Origin: Azolla caroliniana
Taxonomy: Eukaryota; Plantae; Polypodiophyta
DNA length: 64,000 nt
Direction of reading: 5' to 3'
Assembly: GCA_043228905.1 (NCBI GenBank)
Contig: JBHGNT010000014.1
Coordinates: forward strand, 6,262,001-6,326,000
Positions 22,982 to 34,164 of this stretch are shown here, piece after piece. The translations under genes were made by a program, and so were the position numbers. Every line of letters starts with the position of its first letter. Position 1 is the stretch's first letter. The notes below the pieces were generated by a model that had not been told where the DNA came from, made no database searches, and saw only the letters and a list, made by a program, of their open reading frames with translations.

Positions 22982-25900
22982 ATGCTCGAAGAACTACTCA
23001 AACTCGACATGCAACTGTGGCACGACGTCCTCCGACGCCTCAATGGTGGCCTATCAGCAGGGTATGGTGAAAGGATACACACCCACACTCCTCATACGTC
23101 CACAATCCTCAAACAACCCGAAGGACCACCAATCGATGTCCACGAAGCTCATTTTGAGAGCGACGATACTAGTTTCACTCTCCCAGTTTGCGTCAATGGT
23201 AAGACGTGTGACACAATCATTGACACCGGAGCAGGGGTAAGTATCGTTAGCCACGAATGTTGGTGTAAGTGGTGGAGCCCAAAAATGTTTCCTTCAGATG
23301 TCAAAATACAAATGGCAGATGGGTCCATCCAAAGGCCAGAAGGCATGATCCCTGCGCATCACTTCACTATCCACGGAGTGGAGTTCAATCTCACCTTCGT
23401 CCTCACAAGATCATCTAACCATGTGGCCTACGAGTGCTTACTAGGAAGACCATTCCTACGTATAAGCTGCCTGGTAATGGATTTCGGAAACGATATAATC
23501 TATATGCGTAAAGACAACAAAACCTTCCGCATCAAAGCATACACACAAAAAGTGCATGAACAAGAAGGCAACCCCCTCGTAGACGATTGGTCAGAAACCA
23601 CTGGGTTCAAGACCAACCTCCTACGTGTAACCCCACAAAGACATTTCAACACTTGGCCAAAGGCCAAGCGTTCCCCCAAAAATCCGCCACCTCCAAAGAG
23701 GGGAACGTACGTGAGAGAGACAACCAATTTATCGCTTCCGAGACGTCAGAAATGAATTGGGTACACGCTCTCGCCACAACCGACGCAATGTACCCTATAG
23801 GTACAAACTGTTGCACTCTTGCTTCAACGTCACCACCCTCGGATCCTGGCGAAAAGAAGTAGACGTAAAGGACGAAGACCTGGTACAACGAGTCACACGT
23901 CTAGGTGACGCCACGGCCACTCAGGAGACTTCAACGAAAGTGGACTTCCCAGACCATTTCAAACTCTATGAACAAGAGAATAGGGCAGTGGCTTGTAAGA
24001 GACCACAATGCACCCCCCAAGGCCTAGGAGAAGTCTATGATGGACCGACAAGGGTGAAAGAAATCAACCTCGGGAAAGGGACGAACTCCAAACCAGTATT
24101 CATAGCCACAGATCTCCAGCCGGACGAGGAGACGTCTTTGATCACCCTCATGGAATTTAACGACGTGTCCGCATGGTCGTACGTCGACATGAAGGGGGTT
24201 CCAGTTGAGGTCGTTACCCATAGTACCCCCATGCGAGCCGACACCCGCCCAATCCGGCAAAGGCCGTGCCCAATGAACCCTAACTATGCCCAACATGTAA
24301 AAGCCGAAATCAACAAAATGTTGGCTGCAAGCATTATCTACCCGATCGAACGAACTACTTGGGTCTCCCCGATTGTAGTCGTCCTGAAGAAAAACGGACA
24401 AATCCGCATATGTGTCGACCACCGCCAAGTTAACGAAGCCACTATCAAGGACAACTACCTGGTACCCTACATCAAGCATCTACTCGAAAGAATCGCGGGA
24501 GCCGAAGCTTATAGATTCATTGACAGATTCTTGGGGTACAACCAAATCTCAGTGGTCCCTGAGGATCAACAAAAGATGGCCTTCGCCACCGAATTTGGTA
24601 CGTTCACATATAAGCAAATTCCTTTCGGACTCACGAGTGCCTTGAGTACCTACCAAAGAGCGACGGATCATATCTTTGCAACAAAGTTACAACAAGGGGT
24701 GGAGTCTTATGTTGACTACTTATGTTGCCATTCGAAATGACATGACCACATGGCGCTACTCCGCTTCACGTTCGAAAAATGTAGGGCCTATCAACTCCCT
24801 CTGAACCCACTCAAGTGTCAGTTTTGGGTCAAGCACGGATTAATATTAGGGCACGTAGTGTCCCGCCACGGGATCTTGATCGATGAGGCAAAGGTAAAAC
24901 TCATCCTCGACATGCCACCCCCCATGAACGAGAAACAACTACAAGGGTCCATGGGATACGCGGGTTACTATAGACGCTTCATTAAGATGTTCGCAGACAA
25001 GGCCAGACCTCTCTACCGCCTACTAAAGCAGTTCGCTTGGACAGAAGAATGCACACACTCCTTCAAGCTCTTGAAAGAGTGCCTAACTAATGGCCCCATC
25101 CTCCGGCCCCAGATTAGACCCAAGAATTCCACATTCACACGTGGAATAATTTCGTTTCGTGACGTTCAGTTGGCGACTAGCGAAGGTGACCGGTAGGTCG
25201 AGTGCCCCTTCATTGGGTTGAGCTAGCACTGCACCAATCGCGGAGGTGGAGGCTTTGGCCATGGTTTACAGCGTAAAGAAATTTCGCCACTACCTCTTGG
25301 CGTCCTGGTTCTCGATTTTTGTAGATCATCAAGCCCTACTCTACTTGGTTAACAAAACCCACGCCACCGGATGCATCTCACAATGGATCGTAACGTTACT
25401 TGAGTTCGACTTCAAGGTAGTGGTGAGAAAAGGAAAAGACCATGTACTCGCCGATCATTTCTCCCAGATACCCAACGGAGAAGAAGCCACTAGGGTCGAT
25501 GATGAAACACCAGATGCAGCATAATTCACAATCGACATCGTGCCAACATGGGCATCAGACATCGTTCGTGTCCTAACTGAAGGAGCGTCCTTCCTAAAAC
25601 AACTACCCCGAGCACACGCACGTGTCATGTTAAAGAAATGTGGCCCCTTCACGATGCTCTGTGGAAACTTGTACTGACGGGGTAACGACGATCTACTTCG
25701 GAGGTGTGTACCAGACCACAACATCGTTGCCGCCCTCGAACAAGCTCATTGCGGGGCGGAAGTGGTCATTTTAATCACAAGGTCATTGCGCGCAAGATCC
25801 TCTAGTCCGGCCTATGGTGGCCAACACTCTTCAAAGACACATACGAGTACGTACGCCGTTGTGACGAGTGCCAACGTTCAAACACCCACTAAAAGCGGAT

Positions 25901-27821
25901 TTCAATACGTTAAACTCGGTGGTGGCATGGCAAGCATTCAAGAAATGGGGTATCGACTTTATCGGCCCAATCAGCCCAGCTTCAAACCTCAACCGATACA
26001 TAATAACCGCCACCAACTACGCTACCAAGTGGGTCGAAGCTAAAGCTTGTGTTAACACCGACGCACGTAGTACCGCCAAATTCCTATATGAAAATGTCAT
26101 AGTACAGTTTGGATGTCCGCTCGAAATCATTAGTGACCAAGGCTCTCATTTCCTCAACGAAGTGATAGCACATCTAGTAGGCGAATTTATGGTGACACAC
26201 CGCAAGAGTTCTCCTTATTACCCCCGATGCAACAGACAAGCGGAAAGCACGAATAAGGTGTTATGTGCAGTGCTCACAAAGATAATCGCCGCCTCACAGT
26301 CTGATTGGAGCACCAAACTCCAAGCGGCATTATGGGCTTTTCGTACTTCCTACAAAGTCGCAACTCGCCACACACCATTTCAAACTAGTGTATGGACAAG
26401 AAGCAATATTACCCATCGAGTTCCTGGTCCCTAGCCTCAGGATAGCTGTACAAGAACGATGGGACAGGGACTCCCTCCCGTCACATCTAGAGAACCTAAA
26501 ACGGCTGACAGAAACTCGCCTTCTCACATTCCAAGCACTCTTGGCAGAGAAAGCCAATAGAAAGGTGTGGCACAACAATAAAGTCAAGAACAAAGACCTC
26601 GCTGAAGGGGACATGGCCCTCAAATTCACCTCTCAACGACACAAGAAGAAGCTTAAGTTATGTCGTGAAGGCCCATATGTGGTTTCGGAGATTACCAAGA
26701 CAGGAGCATGTCACTTACGCACGCTCGAAGGTTTCGACATCCCCGGATTCATGAATGGGAGCAAGCTCAAACGTTACTACGAACCCCTCACCCTCAAGGC
26801 TCTACTCACGGCTTGACAACGAGAGGTAGAAACCAAACTTAAGGCCTCCGAAGGCCGAATGGCCCGGCTTGAAACTGACCTTCACAATACGCAAGCGAAA
26901 TTGAAGCGACAAGGGCACAAACATCCGGAAGCCATGGCTAAGGTGGTCAACTCTAATGAAGGAACAATAGAACTACAATGTTGCATCGACAGCATGCCTT
27001 TGACGGTGGTAATCGACACAGGAACATCACTAACCCTTTTCTCCTTCGAAACATGGGGACGTCTAGGTTGCCCAAACGTCGAAGTGTGCAACGACAACTT
27101 CCGTGGCTTCGATGGTACCACATCATGTTGCCTGGGAACTTTCGGGTGTAACATCAAGACAAAATACAGCGCGCACTCAATCTGAGTTCGGGTACTCCCA
27201 CCCGAAGTGATGTACGCACAATGCCTCCTCGGTTTAGATTGGTGTCGCATAAATGAATGTCTCCTATCACCCAACAAATACATCATCTCCTTCCAAACAG
27301 GAGATGGACTGAAGTCCGAGGACCTCGTCGCAACAACACTCGAATCACACCCAGTTGACCTCGATGAACCCCAAAGCGTGGAGTTGCCCAAACCACGAGA
27401 ATGGGTGAACGTCCACGTGGTTTTCACTGACAGACCACGCTGCGGAAAGCGTGTCGTGTGGCGAGTCAGAAAAGTACTCACAACCGCACAAGGTTGGCAC
27501 AATGGTGCCACTAGCTTCTTGGTCCCGAAACGAACCCGGCTCCCCGCTCGCGATCGGACCACCCCTGCATGGGACCTCAATGAACCCCAAGGCACGGAGT
27601 CGCTCAACCAAACAAAACGCCAACACCCACCGATCATCCAGGACCAACACGACGCTAACATTAGAACGCAGACACCCAAACCACGGGAATGGGTGAACGT
27701 CCATGCAGTTTTCACTGACGGACCACGCTGTGGAGAGCGTGCCGTGGGGCGAGTCAAAAAGACAGTCACACCTACACAAGGTTGGCACAAAGGCGCCATT
27801 AGCTTTTGGTTCCCGAAATGA
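22982..27821 (+). pseudogene. pol: pol of element F: PR, RT, RNase H, IN, then a second protease and a duplicated motif
   Basis: IIDTGAG/LLGRPFL (PR), WVSPIVVV..CVDHR..PFGL..YVDY (RT), EALAMVYSVKKF (RH), WGIDFIGP..SDQGSHF..GPY (IN), VIDTGT..LLGLDW (second PR). Confidence 0.9.
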
Positions 27822-28595
27822 AGCTAGCTCCCCAGTCATGATCATACCACGCCCGCATGGGACACCCGAAAATCGCACACATCAGTATGATATCCCGCCC
27901 AGGTTAAAGCCACAGAAATCGACAAGCCTAAACAACTGAGAGGCCGAACACCCCATAGAAAGGCTTCACAAACCCCCCCCATCCCCTTAACAAAAATGTT
28001 GCAGGTCTGGGACATCTTCCAACTCCACACGTCCAAAGCCTCCCTCGAACACACCCTCAGCCCCGGCACGACAGACCCCTCCACCGTTCAGACACCTCTC
28101 CTTACCCCACCTAGCACTCTGAATATGATTCAGGCACTCTCAATGTACGTCACTGCTCTCTGAACTTTTCTCTACACCATGGACACCACGTAACCTTCTC
28201 ATCCAAGCCACGCGCATCCTTCGGCTGTTGGCCGCCACACGTCACGTATTCTTTGACGATGCCACACCCCCAGACCGGCACACCTTCATCCAAGTGCTCC
28301 CTAAAGACAACCATGCCCTCGCCCTCCTCATGTTGTACCAGGAAGCCACCGAAGAACCTTCTCCCCGAGTCGGCGACCTCTTCCCCCAGCATCTCCCTAT
28401 TTTGTTTCTCGAAGGTATGGCCTACCTTCACACCGCCCTCACCCCCAACTTAGACATCTTCGACCTAATCTATTTCACCTACCCTTCTGATGTCACAATG
28501 CAAGTCACCGAAGACTAGCTAGCCCACCTCTTCACAACACTGGTGCGCTTACACCACATCGCCGACACCCTCACCCGCACCCTGTTGGAGAACGT

Positions 28596-28659
28596 TTTCG
28601 CGTTGTTACGCGCGTGCGCGTAGAAGGGGCGGGACCACGGGGGTCTTGGATCGAGGAGC

Positions 28660-28690
<31 letters not shown>

Positions 28691-31600
28691 TGAGAGAGAG
28701 AGAGAGAGAGAGATTCACAGACACGCAGAAGTGAGGAGGAGAGATATAGAACGGAACACTTGATTACAATAACAAGATATTACAAACTCTGACGGTTACA
28801 ACCGGCAAGGCGGCGATGGGCCCGACACGGGGACCCTACTCACGCACACAGACGGAACACACTGGACCCAGAGAAACGCAGAAGGAAAAGCCTCTACTGG
28901 CAGCGCATGGGCTACCCACGAAGCAGAGGCGTCGGACTCCCCGCACCCAGAGAGAATGACGTTCGGAGGAGGAGAGAGAGCTCTCGGTCCTGCAACACTT
29001 CATCCTCCTTAACGCGCGATTCCCCCCTTCTCTTCCTTCTCTCCTCTCCTTAAATAGTTCCCAAAAAGGGGTGCCCCTTTTCCCTAGTCAAATCGCTTTA
29101 TTCCTTGTCCCTTTTGACAGAGATACGTACAATCCCTCCTAATAAATGTGCACTACTTAGTATTTACATCAGTTGATCCATTTATGAATCAATATCAAAA
29201 TCTCAAGTCATGCGTCCATCCGTGTAAGAGCCAGTTCATGCGCCTTTTTGCCCGAATCCGTCTATGGCCGGTTTTCTTCACGACATCCGCCCCCACCAAA
29301 CCACGCATCCACCGGCATGCGCCAGAGATGGGTTGATACCGAAGAAAATCGGCTTCAGTCAGCACTCTCCAATTCTTTGTCGGGCCCGAATGGATCGTCG
29401 TCGTCGCTCTCGTCCACGCCCTCTGGGTCCGGCTCGCCCTCGAACCACCTCTTGAACACTTTAATCCGCTTCCCGGCCACCGGTACTGCTAGTCGTGTCC
29501 CGTCAAGTTCCGCGAGGTGGTACGTGCCATTGTCGTTCGCGCTTGTCACCGTGTAAGGCCCGAACCATCTCCTCGCGAACTTTCGCACCGCCTTGTGCTG
29601 ATTGTCGAGGCTGTTGTCGTACACCAAGACCCAGTCGCCTTCCTCGATCTTCTTTGGTCGCAACCGATGCGTCTGGTTGAACCGGGTCTTGTTCCGTTCC
29701 CTTGCCGCCCGCAGCTTTTCCTTTGCCCGTTTCATGTCCTCCGGCCTCCGTTCGAGTTGCCGAATCCGCGCCGCCAGCAACTCCTCCCGGCTCATCTCGT
29801 CCTTCCAATCTACCGCCGCCCATGAAGAAACCGTCCGTTCCACCGGCATGATCGGCTTCTGTCCATACATCATCTCTGCCGGCATAAACCCTATTACCGA
29901 ACTGTGCGTAGTTCGGTTTGCCCATAGTGCGTAAGGAAGGAGTCGCGGCCAATTCCCGGGCTGCCCTCCGCATGCACGCACCAACGCCTTTACGATCAGC
30001 CCATGCCCACGTTCTACCTTTCTGTTCGCCTCCGGATTGTATGCCGTAGTGAGGGAGAGTTTGACCCCTAGCCGGTCGAACAGCTCCTCAGCCTCCCTTG
30101 AGCCAGCTCTCCCTAGTCTGCCACGATCCTCCCGACACACTACGTCTTCGATCAGGAACCGGCACACCGCTGCGGTTGTCTTGTTCTGCAGTGCGCGGCC
30201 TTCCACCTGGTTCATTAAGTCTTCCCACGCAAGCACCAGGTATCGCATCTGCCCTACTCCCATCGGTATCGTCACCAAGTCTACCATCCACTTGAAATGG
30301 ACCGTAGGCGGGTAAGTCGGGTGTAGCTCATCCCGATGTCGGACTACGGAGTGCATCTGACAGCTTTCGCAAGTCGTCACGAACCGATCCACATCCTGGT
30401 ACAGTCTCGACCATTAGTACTTCTCCTTCAGCTTCTCGAATGTGGCCCACGTCCCGCGGTGCCCGGCCCAGGGACTCTCGTGAAATGCCGCCAGTAGTTC
30501 CTCCTGTTCTTCTTTCTTCGCCACTACTCGGAGTGGGATGCCGTTTCTCTTCTTTGGGTGCCTCCATATGCACTCGTCCCGCAGGAAGAATCGGTACGCC
30601 TTCTTCCGTACCCGGCTCGCTTCCTCTCTTGTCCATGCTACGTCCGGCGTCATCGTCCGTAGGAACCTCCCGATTTGGAGCCACTCCCCGTCGTACCTGC
30701 TTTCGTCAAATTCGCTAAGCGCCGGAGTGTCCCTTTCCCTCGTCACTACGTTAGCCGACCCGAAGAAATCCTCGCCGACTTCTTCATCATCCGAAACCAT
30801 GCCGTCTTCTTCGTTGAACCTCGCTCTCGAAAGCATGTCGGCCATGGCGTTATTCTTTCCGGAGATGTGCTATATCTCCAGGTTCAGGTACTTAATGTAC
30901 GCTATCCACCGGAGCATTGCTAGGTCCAGCGTCGCACATCCGGAAACCATGCCGAGTATCGAAAGGCAGTCCGTCGCGATGATCACCTCCGCCCCGATCA
31001 GATAGTCCTTGTTGGCCTTGACTGCCGAAACGATACCCCAAAGCTCGCGCTTAACTTGGGCGTATCCTCGCTGCCGCTCACTCGATACCTTCGCCCCGAA
31101 CCAGATCGGGAATCGTACGTAGTCCTTGTCCTCCTGACTGATTACCCACCCTCCGGATGGGCCTCTGTCCACGTCCTTCGATGCCGACCTCGACTCTGGC
31201 CAGATTCGGGTCTCTTCCTTCCTACCGGCCGGCATCGATACCGGCTCTTTGAGCCCCCTTCCCGGAACCGGCCCTGACCCCGACAAGCTTCTGTCGCTCC
31301 AATCGCGCCGTTTGTCGAAACGGCTGCAGACCCGCTTTACCACGGCCCAGTCTGCCGTGAGCCCTTCGTCCATTTCCAATAGGGGACCCACCTTTTCCCT
31401 GTCGAACGCATCCACCGACTTGACAAACAATAGTACTCGAGTCGTTTCGAGCACCGTCCGGTCCAGCGTCGACAGCCACACAAACCGTTTTTCGAACTCC
31501 TAGAGGAGTACCGACGTGTTCCTCCCTTTTCCGGGGCTTTCCACCCATGCCATGAAGTCCCGCCTCGACAGCCGAAGCGAGTCGTCAAACCCGTACTTCT

Positions 31601-32606
31601 CAAGGAGCTGCAGCTCGAACTCCTCCCAAGTCTGGCATTCGGCCAGCACCTCGAGCACCTCCGCGTGGATGCCCGGCGTCACCACCCAAGGGAATCCAGA
31701 TAGCCGCCTGTCCACCGGGATATCCCTCATGATCATTTCGGCCCGGTAGGCCTCCAAATAACTTGTGGCGTCTTTCCCTCCGAACTGGCCTATAGTGCCA
31801 ACGATCGATTCAATGGCTCTGTCGAGGGTACCCGTCCCCTCCCGAGCGCTTACCAGCCGGTCGACGGCTTCCGCCATTGCCTCTGCTAGCTCCGATCCCC
31901 TCATCTTTCGACTCCTTTGCCGCCCTTTCAAATCGGGTTCACCAAAGATGTCGCGTTCTTACGCGCGTGCGCATAGAAGGGGAGGGACCACGGGGGTCTT
32001 GGAGCAACGAGAGAGAGAGAGAGAGAGAGAAAGATTCACAGACACGCAGAAGCGAGAAGGAGAGATATAGAACGGAACACTTGATTACAATAACAAGATA
32101 TTACAAACTCTGACGGTTACAACCGGCAAGGCGGCGATGGGCCCGACACGGGGACCCTACTCACGCACACAGACGGAACACACTGGACCCAGAGAAACGC
32201 AGAAGGAAAAGCCTCTACTGGCAGCGCATGGGCTACCCACGAAGCAGAGGCGTCGGACTCCCCGCACCCAGAGAGAATGATGTTCGGAGGAGGAGAGAGA
32301 GCTCTCGGTCCTGCAACACTTCATCCTCCTTAACGCGCGATTCCCCCCTTCTCTTCCTTCTCTCCTCTCCTTAAATAGTTCCCGAAAAGGGGTGCCCCTT
32401 TTCCCTAGTCAAATCGCTTTATTCCTTGTCCCTTTTGACAGAGATACGTACAATCCCTCCTAATAAATGTGCACTACTTAGTATTTACATCAGTTGATCC
32501 ATTTATGAATCAATATCAAAATCTCAAGTCATGCGTCCATCCGTGTAAGAGCCAGTTCATGCGCCTTTTTGCCCGAATCCGTCTATGGCCGGTTTTCTTC
32601 ACAACA
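28596..32606 (-). mobile_element. Ty3/gypsy element G (E-related, GC-rich), non-autonomous: gag fused to RNase H-IN, with PR and RT deleted
   Basis: Near-identical LTRs 28596-29285 and 31949-32606; Trp PBS TCGGGTTCACCA at ~31933-31944; PPT at 29286; TSD ACGT/ACGC; gag joins GWVISQED at ~31150. Confidence 0.9.
29355..31931 (-). pseudogene. pol: Deleted gag-RH-IN of element G
   Basis: ORFs 31500-31931, 30870-31481, 30414-30845 and 29355-30392 are homologous to E gag, RH and IN. Confidence 0.88.
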
Positions 32607-32828
32607 ACGCTACGACCTCTGTACCCCCATTCGGGTTCCTCTGGCTAATACGCGCTTGGCAAACCGCCTGGTACATCGAGGTTCGTACTCACATATTCAG
32701 CATCGAACACACCGCATTCAACTGGCCCACCGACCTTGAGGCTATGACATACCAGAGCTAGCCCTATACCTCGACGTCTCTCACGAGTACCAAATCATGA
32801 CGTTCGAAGAGGCTCGTGCTCGTGCCCT

Positions 32829-32852
32829 CCTAAACCCTAAACCCTAAACCCT
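32829..32852 (+). repeat. Short plant telomere-type repeat (CCCTAAA) x ~3 / telo-box
   Basis: CCTAAACCCTAAACCCTAAACCCT read directly. Confidence 0.75.
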
Positions 32853-32979
32853 TACCCTACCTTCCCCCCGCCTCCAAACCCCCCACCACCACCACCCCCA
32901 CTGCCACCCCCACCTACAAGCCCACCTCCCCCCTCCCCCCCTCGCCACTCCCCTCCACACCCCCACCTCAACGAAAACC

Positions 32980-33956
32980 ATGTCCCCGACCACATATACC
33001 CCATGTTCAGTGACAACCCCTTTCTCCCCCATCCCCTGGGAGTTCGACTTCTGCGAGACCCCCCTATTCCTCACCCGCCTCTACACCTATTACCCCGAAG
33101 TCACCTCTGAACCCCAAGACGACATCTTCCTTTACCCCCAAGTTTACCGTGATAAGATGTCTACTTGGGCGGCCGCAAACCCCACCCCCACTCAGGGATG
33201 GCACCACCCCGTAGCCGACCCCCTCCTCGAACCACCCGACATCCAACCCTCGTGGCGTCTCCCGTGGTTTGCACACGCATCCTTCCGCGAATGGCTCACC
33301 CTCCACCCCCCCGAGATGCGCACCAGCCCCACCTTTTTCCCCCTCCCTCGCCGTTGGCGATGGCCCGACTTTAGAGCCGCCTAGGCACGCCTACCCACTC
33401 TCCAATTCAACTGACTGGTGTACCCCCGACCCCCGCGCACATCCCCGACTGAACCAAGCAAGATTCGGGTCATGCACCGATTCCTATGTACATACCTCGA
33501 CGTCCCGAACCCTGACATTCAAGCCAGCCTTCGCTTTCTACAACTACTACTCATCCTCCTTGACTCTGGCCCGTACGAAGACCCCCCCTCCAATGGTACA
33601 ACCACCCAACGTGGGGCCTCGCCTTTGATTTGAATAAAGGTCCTACTGACCGTCAACCGGTCGGCCTTTGGACCCGCGTCAACGTCCTCCCCGCCACCTA
33701 CAAACGGGATTTTGAAACCATGATTGACACGCATTTTCTCCCTACTTACATAAGCTTTAGTCGAAACCCCCCTTCTCCCTTCACCGACCACAACACCTAC
33801 ACCTGGCTCACCGGCCCCAAGAAAGATTTCTTCGCCATCATCTCCGACGCCACCCACCCCCGAGTAACCCCCCTACTCAATCCTACTCGCCCCCGACACC
33901 CGAAGCTCCCCTCCTACAGTGCACCTGGGGGTGTGCCCTCATTAGGTTGGAGGGGA
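32980..33956 (+). pseudogene. Second unknown Pro/Trp-rich accessory ORF at the 3' end of F
   Basis: ORFs 32980-33384 and 33418-33633 share a frame separated by two stops; 33630-33962 continues after a frameshift up to the PPT. Confidence 0.5.
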
Positions 33957-34164
33957 TGTTAAGCATTGGTTGGGATAACAACACAACCAATCACGAAAAA
34001 GAGCGCATCAACAAGGACATAGAGGAAACAGCAAGAGGGAAAAGAAGCAAAGAGACGTCCAAGTGTGAAAGGCCCATACCCTAAATGTGAAAGCTATATA
34101 AACCACATAGTAGTGGCTTTGTGGGGGTTCTCCCATTTGAAAAGATCTCCTAAGTGATTAAGAG

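Larger units (their letters stand above)
28150..32760 (+). pseudogene. Unknown accessory ORF in the F 3' region, split by element G (segments ~28150-28595 and 32611-32760)
   Basis: Frame ..RLLAATRHVFFDD..TLLEN|TTSVPPFGFLWLIRAWQTAWYIEV.. stays open across the G insertion site; one internal TAG. Confidence 0.5.

Noticed and set aside
26882-27799. 305-aa minus-strand ORF
   Set aside because: Antisense to the PR2 and duplicated-module frame; no independent motif
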